This document shows positions 9,387-18,427 of a DNA stretch of 64,000 bases, piece after piece. The stretch is from Longimicrobiales bacterium (lineage in GTDB: Bacteria; Gemmatimonadota; Gemmatimonadetes; Longimicrobiales; Gaopeijiaceae). The position numbers and the translations under genes are program-made. The stretch lies in NCBI GenBank assembly GCA_965202805.1, contig OZ241869.1, forward strand, positions 768,001 through 832,000. The letters are read 5' to 3'. The notes beneath the pieces are model-generated. The model had not been told where the DNA came from and did no database searches. It was given only the letters and a program-made list of their open reading frames with translations. Position 1 is the first letter of the stretch; the number at the start of each line of letters is the position of its first letter.

Positions 9387-10535
9387 GTGATTCGGGTTGC
9401 GATCCTGGGATCCACGGGCTCGGTCGGGCGCAGTGCGCTCGAGGTCATGGGCCGGCATCCGGAGCGCTTCCGCGTGGTTGCGCTGGCCGCCAACCGCTCG
9501 GTCTCCGTGCTCCGCGAACAGGCTGCGCTCCATCGCCCGCGCCGGGTGGTGATCGCCGACCCCGGCGCGGAGAAGCTCGACCTCCCCGGCGTGTCCTCCG
9601 CGTACGGCCGGGAGGCTCTGGTCGAGCTTGCGGGGTGCAGTGACGCGGACGTGGTCATCAATGCGCTGGTGGGGGTTTCGGGCCTCGAGCCCACCCTCGC
9701 CGCACTGCGGGCCGGCAAACGCCTTGCACTGGCCAACAAGGAGTCGCTCGTCGCAGGAGGCGCACTCGTCGACCAGACGGCGCGGTCGGGGGGCGGTGAG
9801 CTGGTCCCGGTCGATTCGGAACACAGCGCCATTCTCCAGTGCCTCGCCGGGAGCGACCCCGCGCATGTGGCCCGTATCGTGCTGACCGCATCGGGCGGTC
9901 CCTTTCGCCGCTGGGACGCGTCCCGCATGAACGACGTCACCCCGGCCGACGCGCTGCGCCACCCCACCTGGAACATGGGTTCCAAGATCACCATCGACTC
10001 GGCCACGCTCGCGAACAAGGCGCTGGAGGTCATCGAGGCACATTTCCTGTACCGGATGGAGTATGACCGCATCGACGTGGTCGTTCATCCGCAATCGATC
10101 ATCCATTCCTTCGTGGAGTTCACGGATGGATCGGTCGTCGCGCAACTCGGCCTTCCCACCATGGAGCTGCCCATCCTGTACGCGCTGACGCACCCGAAGC
10201 GGATCGACGACGGCCGGCTCCGCACCTTCCGTCCTTCGCGCCTGTCGGATCTCACGTTCGAGGCACTCGACCGGGCCCGGTTCCCCCTGTTCGAACTGGG
10301 TGTGCAGGCGGGGCGCGCGGGTGGCTGGGCGCCGACGGTCTTCAACGCGGCCAACGAGGTGGCGGTGCACGCATTCCTGGAAGGTGCACTCCCCTTCCGG
10401 GAGATGGCTGCGGTGGTGGCCGCGGCGATGGAGCGGACTCCTCCGGGAGAGATCAGGTCGGTCGAGGAAGTGCTCGGCGTGGACGCGGACGCCCGGCGCG
10501 TGACCCGGGAATCCATCGCGGCGGTGGTCGCGTAG
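9387..10535 (+). CDS. dxr: 1-deoxy-D-xylulose-5-phosphate reductoisomerase
   Basis: LGSTGSVG, LANKESLV, PVDSEHSAI, HPTWNMGSKITIDSATL, NAANEVAV. Confidence 0.97.
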   Translation: MIRVAILGSTGSVGRSALEVMGRHPERFRVVALAANRSVSVLREQAALHRPRRVVIADPGAEKLDLPGVSSAYGREALVELAGCSDADVVINALVGVSGLEPTLAALRAGKRLALANKESLVAGGALVDQTARSGGGELVPVDSEHSAILQCLAGSDPAHVARIVLTASGGPFRRWDASRMNDVTPADALRHPTWNMGSKITIDSATLANKALEVIEAHFLYRMEYDRIDVVVHPQSIIHSFVEFTDGSVVAQLGLPTMELPILYALTHPKRIDDGRLRTFRPSRLSDLTFEALDRARFPLFELGVQAGRAGGWAPTVFNAANEVAVHAFLEGALPFREMAAVVAAAMERTPPGEIRSVEEVLGVDADARRVTRESIAAVVA

Positions 10536-10574
10536 GGCCGCGCGGCTGATGAGCGGGCGCTTAAAGGGAGAGGG

Positions 10575-11933
10575 ATGATGGCGTTGCTGGCGACAATCGT
10601 TGTCCTGGGCGTTCTGATCCTGGTGCACGAACTGGGTCATTTCTGGGCGGCCAAGGCCGTGGGCGTGAAGGTCCTGCGGTTCTCCATCGGCCTCGGGCCA
10701 CGGGTCCTGGGCTTCCAGCGGGGCGATACGGAATACGTGATCTCGGCGATTCCGCTGGGCGGCTACGTCAAGATGAGCGGCATGGCCGACGAGGTCATGG
10801 ACAAGGTGGAGGGGGGCGGCGCGGCAGTGCGTCGCCAGGCCGATCCCACCGACTTCGACGGCAAGCCGGTGTGGGCGCGTGCGCTGGTGCTGTCGGCGGG
10901 CGTGATCATGAACATGATCTTCGCTTTCGCGGCGTATGCGACGATCGCCGCGGGGTGGGGCAGGGTGGAGGCCGACGAGACCCGGCTCGGCTACGTGGAC
11001 ATGGAACTGCTTCCCCCTGGCGCGGAAGCGTTGGCGGGGCTTCCCGTCGGCGCGCGCATCACGCGGGTGGGCGAGCGTGACGTGGACCACTGGGGGGATG
11101 TGCGGGACGGGTTCCTGTCCGCACCGGGCGAGACCATCACGGTGGAAACCGAAGCTCCGCGCGTGACCGTGTCGGTGCCGGCGCCCGCGGACGCCGCCGC
11201 GCGCGAGCGACTGGCATTGGCTCTCGACTACTGGCTCGAGGCCGAGGTACTGGATGTCGAGCGCGGGATGCCCGCGGCGCGCGCGGGGCTGCAGCCGGGG
11301 GATCGCGTCCTCGCGGTGGACGGCTTGGCCGTCGAGAACTGGGCGCTGTTCCGGAGGGAGATCATGCGCCGCCCCGGTCACACGGTCGATCTTCAGGTGG
11401 CGCGCGACGACGCCCTGATGGAGATCGCGGTTCCCCTCGCGTCGCGTGAGCAGAGAGGGCCGGACGGGGAGATGAGAACCATCGGCCAGGCCGGGATCCT
11501 GGCGCCACAGCCAGCACCCGTGTACGTGCCCGTTCCGCTGACCCGGGCGGTGGTCATCGGATACCGGGACACCGTGGGCACGACCCGCATGATCCTCGGC
11601 TTCCTGGGCGATCTCGTCACGGGCAACGTCTCGCCGCGCAACGTCGGCAGCATCGTCACCATCGGTACGCTGTCGGGCCAGGCGGCGGAAGCGGGACTTC
11701 AGACGTTCCTGCGCTTCATGGCCCTCTTCTCGGTGAATCTGGCGATCCTGAACCTGCTTCCCATTCCGATACTGGACGGTGGGCACCTGGTCTTCCTCGG
11801 GATCGAGGCGGTCAGGGGCAAGGCACTCAGCCTGGACCAGCGGATGCGCTGGAGCCGGGTCGGGTTCCTGGTGCTCATGGGGATCATGGTCTGGGCGCTG
11901 TCGAACGACATCCTGCGCGTGCTGGGGTTGTAA
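10575..11933 (+). CDS. rseP: RIP metalloprotease RseP (M50, PDZ domains)
   Basis: HELGH, PLGGYVKM, PDZ segments, NLLPIPILDGGH. Confidence 0.95.
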   Translation: MMALLATIVVLGVLILVHELGHFWAAKAVGVKVLRFSIGLGPRVLGFQRGDTEYVISAIPLGGYVKMSGMADEVMDKVEGGGAAVRRQADPTDFDGKPVWARALVLSAGVIMNMIFAFAAYATIAAGWGRVEADETRLGYVDMELLPPGAEALAGLPVGARITRVGERDVDHWGDVRDGFLSAPGETITVETEAPRVTVSVPAPADAAARERLALALDYWLEAEVLDVERGMPAARAGLQPGDRVLAVDGLAVENWALFRREIMRRPGHTVDLQVARDDALMEIAVPLASREQRGPDGEMRTIGQAGILAPQPAPVYVPVPLTRAVVIGYRDTVGTTRMILGFLGDLVTGNVSPRNVGSIVTIGTLSGQAAEAGLQTFLRFMALFSVNLAILNLLPIPILDGGHLVFLGIEAVRGKALSLDQRMRWSRVGFLVLMGIMVWALSNDILRVLGL

Positions 11934-11972
11934 CGCCGAGCCGCCCTCGAGGCGGGACGGGCAACCGCCGCT

Positions 11973-12794
11973 TCAGAGAAACGACAACTGCTCGGGTCCG
12001 CGTTCCCGGCGCAGGGTGTCGACGCACATGACCTCCGTCGGCTCGTCCTGCCGGGCAACGCCCAGGAACCCCTGGTATCCCGCCTTTGACAGCGCGCGGG
12101 AGACGGTCTCGCGCGCCAGTTCGGGCGTGTTGCATTCCGCGGATAGATGAGCCAGCAGTATGCCTGTGAGGCGGGGATGGAGGAGATCCAGGGCAAGCCG
12201 GGCCGCCGCGCGGTTGGACAGATGTCCGTGGCTGGATGCGATGCGCGATTTGACGGCGGCGGGATAGGAACTCCGGTGGAGAAGCATCTCGTCGTGGTTG
12301 GCCTCCAGGACCAGGAAATCGCAACCCGCGAGTGCGTGGCGCACGATTGCCGTGGAGCGTCCGAGGTCGGTCGCGAGACCGACGCGGGTACCGGATCCGA
12401 CGTCTACCAGGGCGATGGCCACCGGGTCGGCGGCGTCGTGGACGGTCATGAACGGTTCGACGCGCAGGTCCTCAACGCCGAAGGCGCGCCCGGGCCGATA
12501 CTCCACCACCTGTTCCGATCCACGGAACAGGCGTTCGCACGCCCTGCGGGTAGCTTCCGTGAGCCAGACGGGCATGCCGTGGCGTCGCGCCAGCACCCCG
12601 CTTCCCCGGGTGTGATCCCCGTGTTCGTGGGTGAGGATGATGGCCGAGAGCTCACTCGCTTCCGCTCCGACCAGCCTCATGCGGCGCTCGGTCTCGCGCG
12701 CGCTGAAGCCGGCGTCGACCAGCACGGTCGCCCGCGCGGAGCGGACGAGAATCGAGTTGCCCTTGCTTCCACTGCCCAGCACGCAGATTTCCAC
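11973..12794 (-). CDS. MBL-fold metallohydrolase (YycJ/WalJ-like)
   Basis: VLGSGSKGN, THEHGDH, HDAADP, TDLG, EANHD, GHLSN, LAHLS. Probable GTG start at 12794. Confidence 0.88.
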   Translation of the reverse strand: MEICVLGSGSKGNSILVRSARATVLVDAGFSARETERRMRLVGAEASELSAIILTHEHGDHTRGSGVLARRHGMPVWLTEATRRACERLFRGSEQVVEYRPGRAFGVEDLRVEPFMTVHDAADPVAIALVDVGSGTRVGLATDLGRSTAIVRHALAGCDFLVLEANHDEMLLHRSSYPAAVKSRIASSHGHLSNRAAARLALDLLHPRLTGILLAHLSAECNTPELARETVSRALSKAGYQGFLGVARQDEPTEVMCVDTLRRERGPEQLSFL

Positions 12795-12813
12795 GGCGGC
12801 CCCGACGCTCCGA

Positions 12814-14106
12814 CTAATCGGGGCCGGCCGCACGGAGCCAGGCCCGCTCGAGCACGGCCCGCATCTCCGGGGTGAGCCGCACCCCCCTGCGATTCATCAC
12901 GCGCGACGTGGTGTCCAGAAAGCGATCCAGCCGAAAGAGCGGCGCGTCGGGGGTGGCTCCCCATCGAAACGGCGGGAGGTGGCTCGCCGGGGCCCGGGCG
13001 CCGAACAGGTTGCAGCCCGCCCCGATCACGGCCCCCGTGTTGATGAGCGTTCCGATGCCCGTCTTTACGTGGTCGCCCACAAGGCAGCCCAGCTTGATGA
13101 GGCCGGAAGGCACGGCGCCCTCACCCGTGCGGATCCGAATCTCGCGGTAGTCGTTGCGAAGATCGCTGTTGGTGGTCATCGCACCGAGGTTCACCCAGCG
13201 GCCCAGGCACGACCGGCCGACGAATCCGTCGTGGGCCTTGTTGTCGTACCCGAGCAGGACGCTCTTCTCGATGTCTCCCCGGATCCTGCATGCCGGACCT
13301 ACGTAGGAAGCACAGACCCGTCCACCCAGGACGGTCGTTCCGGGTCCCACATACAGCGGGCCCTCCAGTCGGGCCGGTCCACACACGCGCACGCCCTCGT
13401 CGAGGACGACCGGGCCCGGGCTCGTATCCAGCAGCACGCCCGGTTCGACCAGGGCACCGGGGCCGAGGGTGACGAGCCCATCGCCCAGGAGGTGCGCGCC
13501 GGGCGGGAGTGAGGACATTGACGACGGGATCGCCCTCCCGTCCCGTCCCGTCCCCGCGTGATGCCCGCCGGTTCCGCCCGGAGGCACGGACGGCAGGGGC
13601 GTGAAGGTCGCGCCTTCCAGGTCTTCGCAAAGCTGTGCAGGTGTCCGCGCGACCAGCTCCCACACGTGTTCCAGGACGAGCCCGTCCAGCTCGACCCGGG
13701 TTTGGGCGCGGGGGGCCGCAGCGGGATCCGCGAGATGGCGCGTGTGGGGAAGCGGGGCGCCGGCGGGGAGGCTCCATCCGATCCTCGTGTCGCCGATGCG
13801 CAACTCGGCGGGAACGGGAGGCAGCTTCCGCGGGGGATCCCGCACGACGGCCCGGCTGCACACCAGGATACGGTGGTGGCCCGTGCTCACTTCGGACGCC
13901 GCAAGCACGGCGGGCCCGTCGTCTTCCCGGAAACCGGCGAGATGGGCGGCGGCGAGGTGGCCGCCGTACTCCACCTGCCACGCACGGGATGCCCGCTGCC
14001 AGAACCGCAGCGCTCCGAGTACCAGCTCGGCGGCCGGGCGGGTCAGGGCAAACGGTTCCCACTGGCGGGCGCGGGCGTCGTCGAACAGGTAGAGCCGGGG
14101 GCTCAC
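12814..14106 (-). CDS. GlmU-like putative sugar nucleotidyltransferase with left-handed beta-helix
   Basis: PFALTRPAAELVLG N-terminus; hexapeptide repeats; NKAHDGFVG, WVNLGAMTTNSDLRNDY, GDHVKTGIGT. Confidence 0.8.
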   Translation of the reverse strand: MSPRLYLFDDARARQWEPFALTRPAAELVLGALRFWQRASRAWQVEYGGHLAAAHLAGFREDDGPAVLAASEVSTGHHRILVCSRAVVRDPPRKLPPVPAELRIGDTRIGWSLPAGAPLPHTRHLADPAAAPRAQTRVELDGLVLEHVWELVARTPAQLCEDLEGATFTPLPSVPPGGTGGHHAGTGRDGRAIPSSMSSLPPGAHLLGDGLVTLGPGALVEPGVLLDTSPGPVVLDEGVRVCGPARLEGPLYVGPGTTVLGGRVCASYVGPACRIRGDIEKSVLLGYDNKAHDGFVGRSCLGRWVNLGAMTTNSDLRNDYREIRIRTGEGAVPSGLIKLGCLVGDHVKTGIGTLINTGAVIGAGCNLFGARAPASHLPPFRWGATPDAPLFRLDRFLDTTSRVMNRRGVRLTPEMRAVLERAWLRAAGPD

Positions 14107-15179
14107 GTCCGTTCCGCGTCGGACGACGGGGGCAGGCGTTCCACGAGGCGTTTGAGTTCGCGGGAATGCTCGCGGGTCGTGACCATGGTCGCGTCGTCCG
14201 CCGCGACCACCACCAGGTCCGTCACGCCGAACAACACCACGGGCCTGCCTTCGCTGTACACGATATTGTCGCCGCTGTCGACGAGGACGACATCTCCGGC
14301 TGCGGTATTCCCGCTCGCGTCAGGCCGCCGCGTCCGCGCCAGCGCCTCCCAGCTGCCCACATCGTCCCAGTAAAAGGGCGCCGGAAGCATGGCGCACCTC
14401 CGGCTGCGTTCCAGCACGGCCTCGTCCACGCTCACCGCGGGTACGCGGCGAAAGAACCCGTCCACGTCCCCGGCCTCGAGCAGCGGGATCAGCGCGGCGA
14501 TGTCCGGAGCGTGCGTGCGGAGTTCGGTCAGGAACACCGACGCCCGCCACACGAAGATGCCCGTGTTCCAGAGGAACCCCCGGCGAATGTAGTCGGCAGC
14601 CCGCCGCGCGTCGGGTTTCTCGTGAAAGCACAGCACACGCCGGGGAAGCTCGCCCGTCCCTTCGGCGCCGGATCCGTCCAGGACGTCCCCGGGCTGCAGG
14701 TATCCGTACCCGGTGTCGGGACGATCCGGCTGCGCCCCGACGGTCAACAGCACATCCCGGCGGGCGGCGATCCGCACCGCGCGTGCGACCAGCGAACGGA
14801 ACGCGGCCGCCGGGCGAATGACATGGTCCGAATGCAGGGACACGATCACCGCATCGGGATCGCTTCGCCACGCGCGCCAGGTCGCCCAGGTGAGCGCCGG
14901 GGCCGTGCTGCGCGGCCGCGACTCCCACAGGAAGGAACCGGGAGGCACCTCCGGGAGCGCGGAGGTCAGGAGTGACTCCAGATGCCGTCCCGCGACGATC
15001 CGCAACAGGTCAACGGGGACCAGCTCCAGTGCGCGCGAGACCGTATCGGCCACGAGGGGGCGGCCGGAGACCAGCGGCAGGAACTGCTTGGGGCGGGCGG
15101 GCGTGCTGGCGGGCCAGAACCGGGTACCGGCGCCACCCGCGAGGATGACGACCCGGAGGTGGGGGTCGGTGGGGGTCAA
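14103..15179 (-). CDS. manC: Mannose-1-phosphate guanylyltransferase (no C-terminal PMI cupin)
   Basis: VILAGGAGTRFWPAS..RPKQFL, SDHVI, TGYGY, FHEKPD, WNTGIFVW, WDDVGSW. Start uncertain (TTG 15179 or GTG 15209). Confidence 0.9.
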   Translation of the reverse strand: MTPTDPHLRVVILAGGAGTRFWPASTPARPKQFLPLVSGRPLVADTVSRALELVPVDLLRIVAGRHLESLLTSALPEVPPGSFLWESRPRSTAPALTWATWRAWRSDPDAVIVSLHSDHVIRPAAAFRSLVARAVRIAARRDVLLTVGAQPDRPDTGYGYLQPGDVLDGSGAEGTGELPRRVLCFHEKPDARRAADYIRRGFLWNTGIFVWRASVFLTELRTHAPDIAALIPLLEAGDVDGFFRRVPAVSVDEAVLERSRRCAMLPAPFYWDDVGSWEALARTRRPDASGNTAAGDVVLVDSGDNIVYSEGRPVVLFGVTDLVVVAADDATMVTTREHSRELKRLVERLPPSSDAERT

Positions 15180-15214
15180 CGCCGCTCGCTGATGCGGGTC
15201 AGGGTACACGCGGA

Positions 15215-15243
15215 AACTTACCCGGGACACAGTGTAAAATCAA
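15215..15243 (-). promoter_or_regulatory. Sigma70-type promoter for manC / GlmU-like / MBL operon
   Basis: Minus strand TTGATT-17 bp-TAAGTT. Confidence 0.6.
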
Positions 15244-15263
15244 CGGAATTCGCCTCTCCGGGG

Positions 15264-15292
15264 TTGACCCGCCGGGGCCGCCGGGGTAGTCT
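15264..15292 (+). promoter_or_regulatory. Sigma70-type promoter for lipoprotein-serS operon (divergent)
   Basis: TTGACC-17 bp-TAGTCT. Confidence 0.65.
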
Positions 15293-15360
15293 TGGCGCGC
15301 TCCGCGAACAGGTTGTCAGCTCGCCGGACCCAGCCCCCCTTTCGTGGTCAAGAAGCCGTC

Positions 15361-15921
15361 ATGCGTTCGTTCGGGAACATCCTCCTTCTCCCATTGCTGC
15401 TCGCCGCCGCTGCGTGCGGAAGAGATCCTTTCGCGCTCGAGTGGATCGCCTCCGCGGACACGGTGCGCCTGTATGCGATCTCCCGTCCCGAGCCGAACGT
15501 CGAGACCGGTTTCGATTTCGGAGCTCGCCGGACGGTGCGCATCGAAGCTCCCACCACCACCTCGTCCTGGGACCTAGCCGTGGACTTCGAGGGCGGCAGG
15601 GCCGTCTTTCTGACCCCCGGGTTCTTCGGCGTCGATTCCGACGCCGCGCTTGTGGAACTGCCCGACGAGAACTTCGACGAGATCGAGGAAGCCCCCGAGG
15701 ACGATGACGTGTACATCGAGGACCAGGCGGTACCGGTGAACCTCGAGAGCCTCTACGTGGTGCGCACGCGACGCCTGCGCTCCAACTACGGGCAGCTCTG
15801 CAACCATTACGCGAAGATGGTGCCCCTGGACATGGATCCTGACGAGCGCACCGTGGTGTTCGTGTTCGACACCAACGGGATCTGCAACAGCCGCAAGATG
15901 CAGCCGGACGTCTTCCCCTGA
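15361..15921 (+). CDS. Hypothetical lipoprotein, HmuY-like features
   Basis: MRSFGNILLLPLLLAAAAC lipobox; SWDLAVDF and LYVVRTRR...HYAKM segments; acidic central patch. Confidence 0.75.
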   Translation: MRSFGNILLLPLLLAAAACGRDPFALEWIASADTVRLYAISRPEPNVETGFDFGARRTVRIEAPTTTSSWDLAVDFEGGRAVFLTPGFFGVDSDAALVELPDENFDEIEEAPEDDDVYIEDQAVPVNLESLYVVRTRRLRSNYGQLCNHYAKMVPLDMDPDERTVVFVFDTNGICNSRKMQPDVFP

Positions 15922-15950
15922 ACCCCTCCACTCAGGACCTTTCCTAGGCC

Positions 15951-17228
15951 ATGCTCGACCTGCGGATGATCCGGGCCCAACCGGATCTGGTTCGCGCCGG
16001 GATGGCGCGGCGCGGCATCTCCGGCGGGGCTGCCCGGGTCGAACACCTTCTCGCCCTCGACGAGCAGCGCCGGTCCGCGATCGGAGAAGCCGATGAGCTC
16101 CGGGCACGGCGCAACGCCGTTTCCCGTCGCATCGGGGAACTGAGGCGAAGGGGTGAATCAGCGGACGAGCTGATCGTGGAAATGCGCGGGGTAGGCGGTC
16201 GGATCGACGCCCTGGGCGAAGTGGTGGAGGATGTCGAGAGGCACATCCGGGACACCCTTCTGGAGATGCCCAACCTGCCGCTCCCCGAAGTGCCGGATGG
16301 TGGCGAGGATGCCAACGCGCTGGTCCGCCAATGGGGAACGAAGCGGGACTTCGCGTTCGAGCCGAAGCCACACTGGGAGCTGGGGGAACGGCTTGGGCTC
16401 CTCGACCTTGCGCGCGGGGCGAGGATATCGGGTTCCGGGTTTCCGGTGCTCACGGGCCGCGGCGCGCGCCTGCAGAGGGAACTGATCGGCTACATGCTCG
16501 ATCTGCATGTCCGGGAGCACGGCTACACGGAGGTGCGCGTACCCTACATGGTTTCGCGCGAGAGCCTCACCGCCACCGGCCATCTCCCGAAGTTCGAGGA
16601 CGATGCATACGTCACGACCCAGGACGACCTCTGGCTGATTCCCACTTCCGAGGTGCCCCTTACCAACATGCACAGGGGCGAGATTCTCCCGGCTGGCGAA
16701 TTGCCTCTTCGCTACACCGCCTACTCGCCCTGCTTCCGGCGCGAAGCGGGCGCGGCGGGCGCCGATACCCGCGGCCTGCTGCGCGTGCACCAGTTCGACA
16801 AGGTGGAACTGGTGCGCTATGAGACCCCGGAGCGAAGCCGGGCGGCACTCGAGGAGATGACTGCGGAGGCCGAGGTGATTCTCCAGCGTCTGGGGCTCCC
16901 CTATCGCGTACTCAGCCTGGCCACGGGCGATCTGGGCTTCTGGTCGGCCATGACCTACGATCTGGAGGTCTGGGCTCCCGGCGTGCGCCGCTGGCTGGAG
17001 GTGTCGAGCGTCAGCACCACAACCGACTACCAGGCGCGCCGCGCGAGCCTGCGTTACCGGCCCCATCCCGGCCGGAAGCCGGAATTCGTACACACATTGA
17101 ACGGTTCGGCCCTCGCTCTGCCGCGGTTGCTGGTGGCTCTGCTGGAGACCGGCCAGGAAGAGGACGGGAGCGTGACCCTGCCGGAGCCGCTGGCCGAGCG
17201 ACTCGGCGGCGGTCGCCTGCTTCCCTGA
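15951..17228 (+). CDS. serS: Serine--tRNA ligase
   Basis: MLDLRMIR, LIPTSEVP, CFRREAG, RVHQFDKVE, EVSSVS, HTLNGSALA. Confidence 0.97.
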   Translation: MLDLRMIRAQPDLVRAGMARRGISGGAARVEHLLALDEQRRSAIGEADELRARRNAVSRRIGELRRRGESADELIVEMRGVGGRIDALGEVVEDVERHIRDTLLEMPNLPLPEVPDGGEDANALVRQWGTKRDFAFEPKPHWELGERLGLLDLARGARISGSGFPVLTGRGARLQRELIGYMLDLHVREHGYTEVRVPYMVSRESLTATGHLPKFEDDAYVTTQDDLWLIPTSEVPLTNMHRGEILPAGELPLRYTAYSPCFRREAGAAGADTRGLLRVHQFDKVELVRYETPERSRAALEEMTAEAEVILQRLGLPYRVLSLATGDLGFWSAMTYDLEVWAPGVRRWLEVSSVSTTTDYQARRASLRYRPHPGRKPEFVHTLNGSALALPRLLVALLETGQEEDGSVTLPEPLAERLGGGRLLP

Positions 17229-17244
17229 CGAGGGGCCAGGGCCG

Positions 17245-18423
17245 GTGTCGCCGAAGCGCTGGTACGTCGGACTGGCGGCGCTCTTCGTGGCCCTGGCCGG
17301 CTGGTATCTGCTCTACACACAGCAGATCGTACGCGCGTTGCGGGCCGACAGCGAGATCTTCACGCGGATCTATGCCGAGGTCATGGAGGGCCTGACCGAT
17401 CCCGGGGAAGGCAGCTCCATCCAGGCTCTCAGCCGGCTTCAGCTATTGATCACCGAGTCGGGCGTGCCGATCGTGATGACCGGCCCTGGCGATACGGTGC
17501 TGGCCGTCGAGAACCTTCCCTTCGAGGTGAATCTCGGAACCCCCGCCGGGCAGGAACAGGTGCGCGCGTACATCGCCACGCTGGACCAGCGCACTCCTCC
17601 GGTCGGAGATCCCGAGGTGCAGAACATCCACTACGGTCCACCCCCGATCCTGACGCGTCTGCGCTGGATTCCATGGCTTCAGGCAGGGGGGCTGGCGCTC
17701 GTCGTGCTCATGCTGGCGGGACTGGTGCGGTATCAGCGGAGGGTGGCTGGAGAGCGCGCCTGGACGGTCATGGCGCGTGAGCTGGCGCACCAGCTGGGTA
17801 CACCCATCTCCTCGCTGCACGGCTGGGTCGAAGTGCTGAAGCTGCCCGGTCCCGAGCGGCCGGGAGAGCTCTCCGAGGGCGAGATCCTGCACGAGCTGGA
17901 AGATGACGTGGAGCGCCTCGAACGCGTTACGCGCCGATTCGAACTGATCGGCCGCGAGCCCGCCCTGGGCCAGGTCGACCTGACCCGGGTGCTGGCGGAG
18001 CTGGAAGGCTACTTCCGTTCCCGCCTTCCCAGCCTGGCGTCCGAAGTGGAGCTGGTCATGGATGTTCCCTCCGGCCTGCCGGCGGTCAGGGGACACCACG
18101 TCCTGCTCAGCTGGGCTCTCGAGAACGTGCTCAAGAATTCCCTCGACGCCCTGGCCGGACGCGGAGGCAGGATCTCGATCATATGCTCCGAGACGAGTAC
18201 GGGATGGGTGGATGTGCGCATCGCGGATTCGGGTCCCGGAATCGATCCCGCCGTGCGCGACGACATCTTCGAACCCGGGGTGACCACCAAGTCGAGCGGC
18301 TGGGGGGTGGGGCTTACGCTGGCGCGCCGCATCGTGCAGGGCGTCCACCGCGGGAAGCTCGAACTGGTGTCCGAGTGGGAGCCCGGCGCGACCTTCAACA
18401 TACGACTTCCGTCCGAGGCCTGA
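17245..18423 (+). CDS. Membrane sensor histidine kinase
   Basis: Two TM segments; H-box ARELAHQLGTPIS; N-box ENVLKNSLDA; DSGPGI; FEPGVTTK; GWGVGL. Confidence 0.92.
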   Translation: MSPKRWYVGLAALFVALAGWYLLYTQQIVRALRADSEIFTRIYAEVMEGLTDPGEGSSIQALSRLQLLITESGVPIVMTGPGDTVLAVENLPFEVNLGTPAGQEQVRAYIATLDQRTPPVGDPEVQNIHYGPPPILTRLRWIPWLQAGGLALVVLMLAGLVRYQRRVAGERAWTVMARELAHQLGTPISSLHGWVEVLKLPGPERPGELSEGEILHELEDDVERLERVTRRFELIGREPALGQVDLTRVLAELEGYFRSRLPSLASEVELVMDVPSGLPAVRGHHVLLSWALENVLKNSLDALAGRGGRISIICSETSTGWVDVRIADSGPGIDPAVRDDIFEPGVTTKSSGWGVGLTLARRIVQGVHRGKLELVSEWEPGATFNIRLPSEA

Positions 18424-18427
18424 AGCG

